Below are positions 19,120 through 29,521 of a stretch of 64,000 bases of DNA, piece after piece. The translations under genes were made by a program, and so were the position numbers. Below the pieces are notes generated by a model that searched no databases, was not told where the DNA came from, and was given only the letters and a program-made list of their open reading frames with translations. Source of the DNA: Candidatus Peregrinibacteria bacterium (GTDB taxonomy: Bacteria > Patescibacteriota > Gracilibacteria > UBA1369); NCBI GenBank assembly GCA_963708185.1, contig OY970195.1:384001-448000 (forward strand). The letters run 5' to 3'. Positions within the stretch are counted from its first letter, which is position 1. Every line of letters begins with the position of its first letter.

Positions 19120-21690
19120 TTAGAAGTCGAATTTTTTGAAGAAGAATTTTTTGGTGAGTTCCGCGGCGATGAAGTAGGCCGTGACGATACCGCAGATGAA
19201 GAGGATCATCGAGCCGTTGAGTTCGACGAACTCGAAGGTCGAGCTGATCGGCGTATACACGAGTATGAGCAGCATGACGACAACGGCCGCTGACATCCAG
19301 AAGAGCATTTTTCCCGGCATACTTTTGAAGAAAGGTTTTTTGGTTCGGATGGCGAAGGTCACGACGATTTCAGACAACGCGGATTCGAAAAACCAGGCGG
19401 TCCTGAAAAGTCCTGGCCCGGTCTGGAAGGCGAAAAGAAGGCTCAGGATAAGCGTCATGTCGAAGGCGGTACTGAGCAGGCCGAAGAAGGTCATGAACGA
19501 TCTGATCATCTTGATGTCCAGTTTTTTTGGCCTTTTCAACTGTTCCTGGTCGATGTTGTCGGTGGCGATGGCCAGCATCGGCGTATCTGTCAGAAGGTTG
19601 TTGAGAAGGATCTGTGAAGGGAGGAGGGGAATGAACTTCAGGAAAAGCGATGATGCGGCGACGGTAAACATGTTGCCGTAGTTGGCGCTCACGGTATTCA
19701 GGATGTACTTGGTGATGTTGGTAAAGATTTTTCTTCCTTCTATGATGCCTTCGGCGATGACGCCGAGACCGTTTTGCAGAAGAATGATATCAGCCGCTTC
19801 CTTTGCGATGTCGGTAGCAGTATTCACGGAAATGCCCACGTCGGCGATCTTCAGTGCAGGGGCGTCGTTGACGCCGTCGCCCATGAAGGCGATGGTCCTC
19901 TCTGGCCCGGTGTTGAGGGTGTTGACGATCTTATATTTGTGTTCGGGAGTTATTCGTGAAAAAACGTTGTATTTCAAAACGGCCTCATTGAACTGCTTTT
20001 CGTCCATGGCATCGAGTTCGTCGCCCGTCAGGATTTTTCCGCCCAGAATTTCAAGCCCTACCTTTTTACAGATAGCGTCGGTTACCAGCGGATCATCCCC
20101 GCTGAGCACTTTGATCTCCACTCCCATTTTTTTCATCTTATCCAGTGAGCTTTTGGCGGTTTTGCGTGGAGGATCGATGAAGACAATGAAACCGAGCAGC
20201 GTCAGGTCTTTTTCATCCTCTTTCTTGGAATGATCGCTGTCCCATTCTTTGAAGGCTATGCTGATAGTGCTGTAACCCTGGCTGCGGTATTTATTGACGG
20301 TCTTGAGATATTTTTCGGTGTAGACATGGTTCATCGCGAGATCCTTGTCTCCGATGGAGATTTTTGTCGTGACCTGGGCGAGTGATTCCATGGCGCCTTT
20401 GACGACGAGATATTTTTTTCCGTCCGGCGCCTGGACGACCACGCTCATGCGGCGGCGTTTGTAGTCGAATTCATTGTGGTCGAGTATTTTATATTTGTTG
20501 AAGGTACTCATGACTTTGTTTTTTTTGCTGCTCTCCCAGATGGCACGGTCGATGATGTTTCCCTGGATTTTTTTCTTGTGCACGATGGCGTTATTGCAAA
20601 GCAGACCGTAAACGAGAAGCATGTCGTCGGGCTTTTCCTCGGCGTTGAAGTAGTTTTCCAGAGACAGTTTGCCTTCGGTCAGCGTACCGGTTTTGTCCGT
20701 ACAGATGACGTCCATATTCCCGAGATCTTCGATCGATGTAAGTTTCTTGACGATTACTTTCGCTTTGGCCAGCTTCCTGGCTCCTTTGGAGAGACTGATG
20801 GTAATGATGACGGGGAGCGCTTCTGGGGTGATGCCCACGGCGAGCGCCAACGCAAAAAGGAAAGATTCCAGGAAGCCGTGCTGGAGAACGGCGTTGACGA
20901 CGAAAATGAAAACGGTCATGACGATGATGATTTTCAGGAGAAAATTGCTGAAACTGCTGATGCTTTTTTCAAAGTCGGAGACCGTTTCGGGTGCTTTTAA
21001 ATATGATGCGGTTTTGCCGAAGAAGGTTTTTTCACCGGTCGCGATGACAACGCCGGAACCGCTTCCGCTCATGATGTGGGTTCCCATAAAGGCAATGTTT
21101 TTGAGGTACTGAGGCAGCGTCCGGGAGTCGGGAGTCACGGTGGTGGTTTTTATCACAGGCACGGATTCTCCGGTGAGTGAAGATTCGTCGATGGTCATTT
21201 CATCCTGTTGGAGGAGCCTCATGTCCGCGGGAACCACATCGCCGATATTCAGAAAAACAATGTCTCCCGGGACGACGTACTTGGTGTCTATTTCCACTTT
21301 TTGGCCGTTCCTGAGCACTTTTGCCTTGTGCCCGATGAGTTTTCTTAACGCCCGTACCGTTTTTTCGGCGCGGAATTCCTGGATGAAGCCGAGGATGCCG
21401 TTGATGACGACGATGACCAGAATGATGACGGCATCGGTCCTTTCCCCGAGAAAAAACGCGACGATGCTTGCGACGATCAATACAAAAATCAGGGGATTGG
21501 TGAACTGTTCTATGAAAATAGTGACTCCGGATTTTTTGTCTTTTTTGGCGATTTCGTTGAGTCCCTGGCTTTTCAATCTTTTTTGGACCTGTGAAGTTGA
21601 GAGACCTTCCTCGCTGGTTTGAAGATTTTTTAAAAGTTCAGGGGTCTTCTGCGCCCACATGTGGGTGGGCTTGGGGGCTTTTTTCGTCAT
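19120..21690 (-). CDS. mgtA: Magnesium-translocating P-type ATPase
   Basis: TGES, AVGITPEALP, DKTGTLT, GDGVNDAPAL, SANYGNMF, LLNNLL.D. Confidence 0.92.
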   Translation of the reverse strand: MTKKAPKPTHMWAQKTPELLKNLQTSEEGLSTSQVQKRLKSQGLNEIAKKDKKSGVTIFIEQFTNPLIFVLIVASIVAFFLGERTDAVIILVIVVINGILGFIQEFRAEKTVRALRKLIGHKAKVLRNGQKVEIDTKYVVPGDIVFLNIGDVVPADMRLLQQDEMTIDESSLTGESVPVIKTTTVTPDSRTLPQYLKNIAFMGTHIMSGSGSGVVIATGEKTFFGKTASYLKAPETVSDFEKSISSFSNFLLKIIIVMTVFIFVVNAVLQHGFLESFLFALALAVGITPEALPVIITISLSKGARKLAKAKVIVKKLTSIEDLGNMDVICTDKTGTLTEGKLSLENYFNAEEKPDDMLLVYGLLCNNAIVHKKKIQGNIIDRAIWESSKKNKVMSTFNKYKILDHNEFDYKRRRMSVVVQAPDGKKYLVVKGAMESLAQVTTKISIGDKDLAMNHVYTEKYLKTVNKYRSQGYSTISIAFKEWDSDHSKKEDEKDLTLLGFIVFIDPPRKTAKSSLDKMKKMGVEIKVLSGDDPLVTDAICKKVGLEILGGKILTGDELDAMDEKQFNEAVLKYNVFSRITPEHKYKIVNTLNTGPERTIAFMGDGVNDAPALKIADVGISVNTATDIAKEAADIILLQNGLGVIAEGIIEGRKIFTNITKYILNTVSANYGNMFTVAASSLFLKFIPLLPSQILLNNLLTDTPMLAIATDNIDQEQLKRPKKLDIKMIRSFMTFFGLLSTAFDMTLILSLLFAFQTGPGLFRTAWFFESALSEIVVTFAIRTKKPFFKSMPGKMLFWMSAAVVVMLLILVYTPISSTFEFVELNGSMILFICGIVTAYFIAAELTKKFFFKKFDF

Positions 21691-21780
21691 GAGAAAGGCG
21701 ATAATGGATTTTTTTATGTTCCAAATATTATATCATGTATAATGGTTAAGCTCAATAAGCCCATATTCATTTTTTACCTT

Positions 21781-22473
21781 ATGTACGACCTTTCTCCCGC
21801 CCTCCTCAATCTCTATCAAGACTGTGCCCGTTGTTTTTGGGTTGAAATACACGAAAACGTCAAACGCCCCTCTGGTTCGACCAAGACCCTCCCCAGTGGG
21901 ATGAACTTGGCATTTAAAAAGTATGCAGATTCTTACCGATCTAAAGGTACGCTCCCTCCCGAGCTTCAGAGGCAGATTGACGGGGTATTCCTTCCCGACC
22001 AGAAGCTCATTGATACCTGGAGAGACATGCATAAAGGGTTTACGTTTCAAGATAAAGAACTTGGAGTTGTTTTGCGCGGGGTTCTAGATGAGTGCATCGT
22101 TAAGAGTGAAGATGGGAAGCAACTGTATGTGCCGCTTGATTTTAAGACCCGCGGTTTTGAAAATTCGGAAGAAAATCACGATACCCATGCGCAACTGAAG
22201 CTCGATTGTTATGAGTTACTGTTGCAGGAAAATAAGTACATGACAAGCAGTACGGGATATCTCGTCTATTACGTTCCCGAGGAAGTTGAAGAAAACGGAG
22301 TGGTAAAATTCAATGTTCAGGTCATACAACTTGTCACCGACGGAAAAAGAATCATGAATCTTTTAGAAGAGGTGGTTCATGTCCTTGAAGGCAAGATGCC
22401 GAAAGCGGGCGGAGACTGTGAGTACTGTGCCTGGGGTGATCTTGGTGCAAGTATGAAAAGATCAACGGTGTAA
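21781..22473 (+). CDS. PD-(D/E)XK nuclease family protein (RecB/Cas4-like)
   Basis: LSP..LNLYQDCARCFW, LRGVLDE, PLDFKT, QL..DCY..LL, C-terminal CEYC. Confidence 0.85.
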   Translation: MYDLSPALLNLYQDCARCFWVEIHENVKRPSGSTKTLPSGMNLAFKKYADSYRSKGTLPPELQRQIDGVFLPDQKLIDTWRDMHKGFTFQDKELGVVLRGVLDECIVKSEDGKQLYVPLDFKTRGFENSEENHDTHAQLKLDCYELLLQENKYMTSSTGYLVYYVPEEVEENGVVKFNVQVIQLVTDGKRIMNLLEEVVHVLEGKMPKAGGDCEYCAWGDLGASMKRSTV

Positions 22474-22532
22474 GCTCGTTCATTTTTTCAAAGAGTGTGG
22501 TAAGATTGTGGCGATTTCGTCATATTTTCATT

Positions 22533-23051
22533 ATGAACTCTTTCCATCGTCTTCAAGCAGTTTTGTTTGTACTTCCTGCAGTGGTTTTGTTGACTGCGTG
22601 CAGTTCCAATACTACCGGACAGCAAAATCCAGTCGCTCAGACCCAGCAGGGCATTCAGGTGGGTTTGAATGTTTATAATTCGGACAATCCGACCGAACAG
22701 CCAGTGCCAGCGACCCAGCAGATGACTCAGAATTTGAATGTTACGGTCATGTCTCCGAACCTTTCCGAGCCGCTTCCGAGTCCGGTGGAAATCCACGGGT
22801 CGGTCAGCGGGGTCTTTTTCTCGGAGGGTGTTTTTCCGGTGATCCTGCAGGACAGCAAAGGCAACGAAATTGCCCGTACTCTTGCGCATGCCGACGGTGA
22901 GTGGATGACCGAAGACGTTGTTCCCTTTACGGCGGACCTGACCTTTACCGCTCCGGCGGATAAGGCCGCCAAACTGATTTTCCAGAAAGACAACCCTTCC
23001 GGATTGCCCCAGAATGATCATTCGCAGTCCTTTGACGTAACCTTGAAATAA
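22533..23051 (+). CDS. Lipoprotein with Gmad2-type Ig-like domain
   Basis: Lipobox LTAC; SPVEIHGSVSGVFFSEGVFPV.L.D..G...WMTED.VPF...L.FQKDNPSGLP. Confidence 0.85.
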   Translation: MNSFHRLQAVLFVLPAVVLLTACSSNTTGQQNPVAQTQQGIQVGLNVYNSDNPTEQPVPATQQMTQNLNVTVMSPNLSEPLPSPVEIHGSVSGVFFSEGVFPVILQDSKGNEIARTLAHADGEWMTEDVVPFTADLTFTAPADKAAKLIFQKDNPSGLPQNDHSQSFDVTLK

Positions 23052-23056
23052 ACAGC

Positions 23057-24133
23057 ATGAATAAGGGGATCTGGAAAACTCTCACCATCATTGGTTTCGT
23101 CCTGGCGATCGTCGCGGTCGGTATGATCGTCGTTTCACGCTTCGCATTTTTATGGAATGCAGGAAGTATGGCTGGAAATAACGATCGGATGTTGCCTCAA
23201 AGCCAGGAGGTTGCTTTTTCGGATACCCAGAGTTCAACTGAAGAGAATACCGCGATGTCCGCGACGGAGAAAAACAATCTTTCCCGTCTGCAACAGGGAT
23301 GTTTCAGCGGTAATGACTGCGTCCCTTCGATCGACGAGCCGAAATTTGTGAGCGTCAAACAGGCCAAGTTCATGAACGCCGATGATCTTGTCGTGGGGGT
23401 GGCTTTTGACGGTTGGCAGAACGATGACGATCCTGTGAAGGCCTACCCCCTTAAGATTTTGAACTGGCACGAGGTGATCAATGATTTCCTCAATGAAATT
23501 CCTCTTGTCGTAACATATTCACCGTTGACGATGAGTCCCCGCGTCTACGAAAGAACCTTCGATGGTAAGGCCGTGGAGTTCGGCGTCTCCGATAAAATCC
23601 TTAACAGCGGAGTGGTCTTGTATGATCGCGACAGCAAAACCCTGTGGAACCAATTTGACGGGATGGCTTTGGCGGGTACGAAAACAGGAGGACATCTCGT
23701 TTCTTATCCTTTACAACTGGTTACCTGGGGAGAATGGATCAAGGAATATCCTTCGACCGTGGTTCTTTCCGAGGATACTGGCGTTGACCGTCCCTACGAT
23801 CAATATCCCTACAATGATTATCAGGAAAGCAGTGATGTTTATTATTCGCTTGAACACAGCGATAACCGTCTGGATCCAAAAGACGTTGTTTACGCCGTTA
23901 CGGTCGGTGATCAACGGAGGATGTATCCCGAAAAAGAGCTCCAGAAAACTCTGCCGGCCGGAGGAGGTTTTGATGACCAGTTTGCCGGAGTACATGTAAA
24001 GATCAGCTACGCTAAAAAGAGATTCAGTGCCGTGAATACTGACACCGGAAAAGATATCCCGTTCGAGATTTCCTATTATTTTGCCGAGGAAGCTTTTTAT
24101 CCGGGGAGTGATATCTATCGCGCAGGAACCTGA
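23057..24133 (+). CDS. DUF3179 domain protein
   Basis: PSIDEPKF, KAYPLKILNWHEVIND, VTYSPLT, FGVS, LYDRDSKTLWNQ. Confidence 0.9.
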   Translation: MNKGIWKTLTIIGFVLAIVAVGMIVVSRFAFLWNAGSMAGNNDRMLPQSQEVAFSDTQSSTEENTAMSATEKNNLSRLQQGCFSGNDCVPSIDEPKFVSVKQAKFMNADDLVVGVAFDGWQNDDDPVKAYPLKILNWHEVINDFLNEIPLVVTYSPLTMSPRVYERTFDGKAVEFGVSDKILNSGVVLYDRDSKTLWNQFDGMALAGTKTGGHLVSYPLQLVTWGEWIKEYPSTVVLSEDTGVDRPYDQYPYNDYQESSDVYYSLEHSDNRLDPKDVVYAVTVGDQRRMYPEKELQKTLPAGGGFDDQFAGVHVKISYAKKRFSAVNTDTGKDIPFEISYYFAEEAFYPGSDIYRAGT

Positions 24134-24135
24134 GT

Positions 24136-25440
24136 TCAGACGAAGATCATTTCATCACGACCTACGCCGGTCCCGATGAAATCGATGCTACAGCCCAGGA
24201 GTTCCTCGATTTTTTTTACGTAATTCCGCGCGTGCTGGGGCAGGTCTTTGAAGGATTTGGCGTTTTTAATTGAGGTCTTCCATCCGGGGAAGCTCGATGT
24301 ATTCGACTTCGATTTCGGCGAGCACGTCGGCCGATGCGGGGAAGCTTTCGAGCTTCTTGCCTTTATGGAAATAAGCGACGGCGATTTTGAGCGAATCCAT
24401 TTCATCCAGGACGTCGAGTTTGGTGAGGTTCACACTGTCCATGCCGTTAATCATCACGGAATATTTTGAGGCGACGGCGTCGAACCAACCGCAGCGGCGC
24501 GGGCGACCCGTCGTGGAACCGAACTCTCCTCCCGTTTTGCGGATTTTTTCTCCGAGTTCATTGTCCAGTTCGGTGGGGAAGGGCCCGCGCCGACACGGGT
24601 TGAATAAGCCTTCATGATACCGATGATTGAACTGAGTTTTGTGGCGCCGACGCCTGACCCGGCGATGATTCCGCCGATGGAAGCGTTGGATGAGGTCACG
24701 AAAGGGTATGTGCCGTGGTCGACGTCGAGCAGCGTGGCATTGGCTCCTTCCATGAGGATTTTTTTGCCGGAAACGATGGCTTTGTTGACAAGTAAAGCGG
24801 TATCCGCAATGTAAGGTTTGATTTCGCCGACGATATCGCGGTACAGGTTCAGTTCGGCTTCAACGTCAAAAATGAAGTCGTACGTCTTTTGGAGCATGGA
24901 GACGTTCTCTCTCATGTGTTCCTCGAATTTATGGAAATCCAGAAGTTCGTTCACGCGGATGCCGATGCGGGAGATCTTGTCGGTATAGGCGGGGCCGATG
25001 CCTCTTCTCGTGGTGCCGACCTTTTTCTTCCCTTTGCGTTCTTCCTGGATCCCGTCGATTATTTTGTGGTATTCAAAGATAAGATGCGCCCGGTCGGAGA
25101 TAAAAACTCTCCCCTGGACGTCAATACCTCCTTGTTTCAGTACTTTGACCTCTTCAAGGAATGTCGGGAGATGGACAACGCATCCGTTCCCGATGACGTT
25201 CATGGTGTCAGGATACAAAGCTCCCGACGGCATCAAATGAAAAATGTATTTTTTGTATTCGTCCGGTTTGGAAGGGTCTTTGACGTAGACGGTGTGGCCG
25301 GCGTTCGCCCCTCCGGTGGCGCGGACCACGAAGTCATACTCTTCGGCCATAATATCGACGAGTTTTCCTTTTCCTTCGTCACCCCATTGACCGCCGACAA
25401 TTGCGCATACATTCCCGTGTTTTTGAAGATAATCAGCCAT
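24136..25440 (-). CDS. purA: Adenylosuccinate synthetase, two 1-nt frameshifts (~24585, ~24290)
   Basis: [34 protein letters not shown]|[33 protein letters not shown]|[11 protein letters not shown]. Confidence 0.96.
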
Positions 25441-25577
25441 GGAGTGTGAATTTTAAGAGTATGGACGCATGAACATTATCATGTCCTTGTTCGAAAAAAA
25501 AGTTTTTCAAAAGCAGGTTTGAAATGGTCCCTGAGCTATGGTAAATTTCGGGTGTTTTATAAGCTTATCTTAAAGAT

Positions 25578-26543
25578 ATGATTGATCAGAGAGATCTTAT
25601 CGCCCAGATTCCCAGCTGTTTGGACAAAACGGATTTCCCGCAACTTGGTGAGAAATATGAAGGCAAGGTTCGTGACAATTATATTAAGGGTGATCGACGT
25701 GTTTTGATTGCGAGCGATCGTCTTTCGGCGTTTGATAAGGTCATCTGTACCATTCCCTTCAAGGGACAGGTTTTAACGCAAATGGCGAAATTTTGGTTTG
25801 AGCATACCCACGACATTATCGGCAATCACGTCATGGAGTACCCGGATCCTAACGTTCTCGTCGCCAAACAATGTAAACCTTTACCGATCGAAATGGTTGT
25901 CAGAGGATATATCACGGGAGTCACCTCGACGAGCGCCTGGTATAACTATGAAAAAGGTGTCCGTGATTTTTGCGGCAACATTTTACCCGACGGGCTGAAG
26001 AAGAATCAGAAGTTTGACAAGCCCATTCTTACTCCTTCGACAAAAGCGGAGCACGGTGACCACGACGAGTCGGTTTCCCGTGAGGAAATCCTTAAGCGCA
26101 CTACGCTTACCCCCGAGCAGTACGACAAGATCGCCGAGGCTTCATTGAAGCTTTACCAACGTGGCGTCGAGATCGCCGCGAAGCAGGGGATTATTCTTGT
26201 TGATACCAAATATGAGTTCGGGACGACTCCTGAAGGCGAGATCGTCGTGATCGACGAGATCCATACTCCCGACTCTTCACGTTTCTGGTTCGCCAACGAA
26301 TACGATAAACGTTTCGCTGCCGGCGAAGAACAGAAGAAAATCGATAAAGAGTACCTGCGTGAATGGCTTGCCGAGCACGGTTTCCGCGGTGACGGCGAGG
26401 TTCCTCATATTCCTGATGAAATCAGAGCGGAAACGGCCCGACGCTATATTGAAGCTTTTGAGCTTATTACCGGCCAGACTTTCCAGGCTGAAGTCGGATC
26501 GGTCATTGACCGAATCACCAAGAATATTCAACAATACATGTAA
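25578..26543 (+). CDS. purC: SAICAR synthetase
   Basis: YEGKVRD, SDRLSAFD, IEMVVRGY, LVDTKYEFG, DEIHTPDSSRFW. Confidence 0.98.
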   Translation: MIDQRDLIAQIPSCLDKTDFPQLGEKYEGKVRDNYIKGDRRVLIASDRLSAFDKVICTIPFKGQVLTQMAKFWFEHTHDIIGNHVMEYPDPNVLVAKQCKPLPIEMVVRGYITGVTSTSAWYNYEKGVRDFCGNILPDGLKKNQKFDKPILTPSTKAEHGDHDESVSREEILKRTTLTPEQYDKIAEASLKLYQRGVEIAAKQGIILVDTKYEFGTTPEGEIVVIDEIHTPDSSRFWFANEYDKRFAAGEEQKKIDKEYLREWLAEHGFRGDGEVPHIPDEIRAETARRYIEAFELITGQTFQAEVGSVIDRITKNIQQYM

Positions 26544-26596
26544 CGGATCGTGCCGTTGTTGCCTTTTACTTATCTCTACTCTCTCAATTTCCAATT

Positions 26597-27064
26597 ATGG
26601 CAGACACAATGATTGTTCCACTCCTTCTCGGTTCCGAAAAAGACAGAGACTGGGCCAAGAAAATTACCGATGGTCTCGATGAATGGAATATTCCCCATAA
26701 AGTGATCGTGGTATCGGCTCACAAAGTTCCCGAACTTCTGATCAAGGTTATTGCGGAGTATAACGGTTTTGACGGTCAAGTTTGCTATGTGACCATTGCG
26801 GGTCGTTCCAACGGTCTTTCCGGTTGCACGGCGGGTTCATCGTATCATCCTGTGATCGCTTGTCCTCCCTTCGCGGATAAGGATGACATGATGGTCAATA
26901 TCAACTCAACTCTGCAGATGCCTTCGGATACGCCCGTGTTGACCGTTCTTGATCCCGTGAACGTGGTCATGAACATCGTGAGAATTTTTGCTCTCGGCAA
27001 TCCTGAACTTCGTAAAAAATATGAAGAGCACGTTCAGAAGGTAAAAGCCTCTTTCAAAATTTAA
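26597..27064 (+). CDS. purE: AIR carboxylase PurE (class II-like)
   Basis: LGSEKD, VSAHKVP, AGRSNGLSG, PVIACPP, STLQMPS. Confidence 0.92.
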   Translation: MADTMIVPLLLGSEKDRDWAKKITDGLDEWNIPHKVIVVSAHKVPELLIKVIAEYNGFDGQVCYVTIAGRSNGLSGCTAGSSYHPVIACPPFADKDDMMVNINSTLQMPSDTPVLTVLDPVNVVMNIVRIFALGNPELRKKYEEHVQKVKASFKI

Positions 27065-27082
27065 TTTTTTTCCCACGACCGC

Positions 27083-28459
27083 ATGCGAGACCCCATGTAT
27101 AATATTTCTCCCCTGGATGGGCGTTATGACAAAAAAGTCGAGGGGTTACGCCAGTATTTTTCGGAAGCAGCTCTCATAAGATACCGTATCTATGTGGAAA
27201 TCGAGTGGTTTCTTTTTTTATGTAATGGCCTGAAGCTTACGGGAACGAAAGAGTGGAAGCTAAAGGAAATTAAACAACTTCGTTCAATATACGAATTTTT
27301 CGACGCAACGGCCGCCAATAGGGTCAAAGAGATCGAAAAAACCACCAATCATGATGTCAAAGCTGTTGAGTACTATATAAAGGAGAGCCTGAAAGGGTCT
27401 TCTTTTGAACCATACTTTGAATTTATCCATTTTGCCTGCACTTCCGAGGACATCAATAATCTTTCTTACGCCCTCATGATTAGGGACGGTTTGCTGGGAG
27501 AAGTTATTCCATCGTTTACTGGAGTTTTGCAAGTTCTGGCAAGTCTTGCGTTGAAATATAAAAGTGTTGCAATGATGGCCCGGACACACGGTCAACCGGC
27601 TACACCTACAACACTTGGGAAGGAGTTCGTCAACGTGCTGGCGAGACTTCATGACCAGCTGGAAAGTTTAACGATGGTCAGGATTTTAGGAAAAATCAAT
27701 GGTGCCGTTGGAAATTTTAATGCTCATGTTGTGGCTTACCCAAAAATAAACTGGATTGAGGCGAGCAAAAAATTTATTCACACTTTAGGGCTTGAACCGA
27801 ACTTTTATACCACCCAAATTGAACCCCATGACTACGTTGCTGAACTGTTCGATGCCATGCGCCGAATGAACACAATCCTTTTGGATTTGAACAGGGATGT
27901 CTGGACCTATATCAGTCTTGGTTATTTCAAACAAAAGCTGAAAGCAGGGGAGGTTGGTTCCTCTACGATGCCCCATAAAGTTAATCCCATTGATTTTGAA
28001 AACAGTGAAGGAAACCTGGGGATGGCAAACGCTTTATTCGGATACTTTTCCGAAAAGCTCCCGGTTTCAAGGATGCAGCGTGATCTCACAGATTCGACAA
28101 CCTTACGAAACATAGGTTCTGCATTTGCCTATTCTGTCCTTGCGTATAAAAATTGTATACAAGGTTTGCAAAAATTGGAATTAAATAAAAAGAACATAAG
28201 TGCCGACCTTGATCAAGCATGGGAATTGTTGGCTGAACCTATTCAGACGATGATGCGAAAATATAAGATTGAGAAACCTTATGAAAAGTTAAAAGAACGT
28301 ACAAGGGGCAAGGTTGTCAATCGGCAAACCATCAGAAAATTTATCGATTCTTTAAAAATTCCCGCGGTGGAGAAAAAGAGGTTGAAAATGTTGACGCCTT
28401 CCAAGTATATTGGGCTGGCTACTGAACTTGTTGACGCTTACCCTTATGATTCTCTCTGA
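27083..28459 (+). CDS. purB: Adenylosuccinate lyase
   Basis: ISPLDGRY, TNHDVKAVEY, TSEDIN, GSSTMPHKVNPIDFENSEGN. Confidence 0.98.
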   Translation: MRDPMYNISPLDGRYDKKVEGLRQYFSEAALIRYRIYVEIEWFLFLCNGLKLTGTKEWKLKEIKQLRSIYEFFDATAANRVKEIEKTTNHDVKAVEYYIKESLKGSSFEPYFEFIHFACTSEDINNLSYALMIRDGLLGEVIPSFTGVLQVLASLALKYKSVAMMARTHGQPATPTTLGKEFVNVLARLHDQLESLTMVRILGKINGAVGNFNAHVVAYPKINWIEASKKFIHTLGLEPNFYTTQIEPHDYVAELFDAMRRMNTILLDLNRDVWTYISLGYFKQKLKAGEVGSSTMPHKVNPIDFENSEGNLGMANALFGYFSEKLPVSRMQRDLTDSTTLRNIGSAFAYSVLAYKNCIQGLQKLELNKKNISADLDQAWELLAEPIQTMMRKYKIEKPYEKLKERTRGKVVNRQTIRKFIDSLKIPAVEKKRLKMLTPSKYIGLATELVDAYPYDSL

Positions 28460-29054
28460 CCGCGACATCAAAGCCCGTATGTTCAAGGGCGATATTGTTG
28501 TTGAATCGCCTGATAACGACCACATGGCCAACGTGGGCGCTTCTTCGATGGATCTGCGTCTCGGTAAATATTTCAAGATATACGATCATACTAAATATCC
28601 CGTTCTGGATCCGCTTCAACCGGAAACCTTCAAGAACATTGCCAAACTGATTGAGGTTGACCAGGAACGTGTTCCCTTCATCGTTCAGCCCGGGGAATTC
28701 GTATTGGGAGTCACGCTCGAAAAAATAAAGATCGCAGATGACCTGGTTGCCCGCGTTGAAGGCCGTAGTTCTTTGGGGCGTCTGGGAATAATTATCCATT
28801 CAACGGCAGGATTCGTTGATGCGGGATTTGAAGGCACGATTACTTTGGAGATTACGAACATCAATCGTATGCCCGTTGCTTTATATCCCGGCATGCGTGT
28901 CTGCCAGCTGGCTTTTGAGGAGATGAGTTCGGTAGCTGAGGTCCCTTACCATCAAAAGGGGAGTTCCAAATACCAGGGACAGGTTTATCCTGAAGAAAGT
29001 AAGATCGCCAATGATCCTGAGTTTTTGAAGAAAGTTCTCAAAAAAGCCGTTTGA
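28446..29054 (+). CDS. dcd: dCTP deaminase
   Basis: MILSDRDI, SMDLRLG, EGRSSLGRLG, AGFVDAGFEG.ITLE. Confidence 0.97.
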   Translation: MILSDRDIKARMFKGDIVVESPDNDHMANVGASSMDLRLGKYFKIYDHTKYPVLDPLQPETFKNIAKLIEVDQERVPFIVQPGEFVLGVTLEKIKIADDLVARVEGRSSLGRLGIIIHSTAGFVDAGFEGTITLEITNINRMPVALYPGMRVCQLAFEEMSSVAEVPYHQKGSSKYQGQVYPEESKIANDPEFLKKVLKKAV

Positions 29055-29468
29055 TCATTCCTCGTTCTCGTCGGAAGGTTCTTTGTTGATGCGCTCTCGC
29101 ACTTCCTGATTGACGATTTTGTAAATGCCGGTCACTTCAGGTTCATCTTCATCTTTTTCCGTGCGCGTTTTTAGCCTTTTGGCGCTGAGGTTGATTGAGG
29201 ACAGAAATTCGGCGTCGAAGAAGATCAGATCGCTGTCGTCCGGCTCGCGGAGATTTTTTCCGTCAACAATGCGTAAACCTCCGTTGGAGGTGTTTTTATT
29301 GGTGACGGTTTTCATGCCGCCGCAATGCGGAAAATACGCCTCGGTAGTGAACTGAGGGGCGTACATGAAGGCAGTACGGAGAAAATAGTAGAATCCCCCG
29401 TAACGATAAAGATCACTTCCTTCAGGGGTTGAAGAATGATCCTTTCCTTCAAGTTTTTGTATCGGCAT
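29055..29468 (-). CDS. Hypothetical protein (paralog of 29522..29959)
   Basis: 137-aa ORF from ATG 29468; collinear similarity to its neighbour. Confidence 0.7.
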   Translation of the reverse strand: MPIQKLEGKDHSSTPEGSDLYRYGGFYYFLRTAFMYAPQFTTEAYFPHCGGMKTVTNKNTSNGGLRIVDGKNLREPDDSDLIFFDAEFLSSINLSAKRLKTRTEKDEDEPEVTGIYKIVNQEVRERINKEPSDENEE

Positions 29469-29521
29469 AATTGTTTGAGGGTTAACAATTATAAACGTTG
29501 GCCGCAAAATACAATCAAGCT

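Noticed and set aside
21781-22473. CRISPR-Cas locus around the Cas4-like gene
   Set aside because: No repeat-spacer array or other cas genes recognised in the window
24136-25440. purA (and ribE, fur, tagA-like, elp3) as pseudogenes or programmed frameshifts
   Set aside because: No in-frame decay, catalytic motifs are intact on both sides, there are no slippery heptamers, and the indels share one sequence context, so artefact is more likely
27083-28459. purB as a recent horizontal acquisition because it looks more AT-rich
   Set aside because: The difference is modest by eye, parts of lepA look similar, and it cannot be supported without computation
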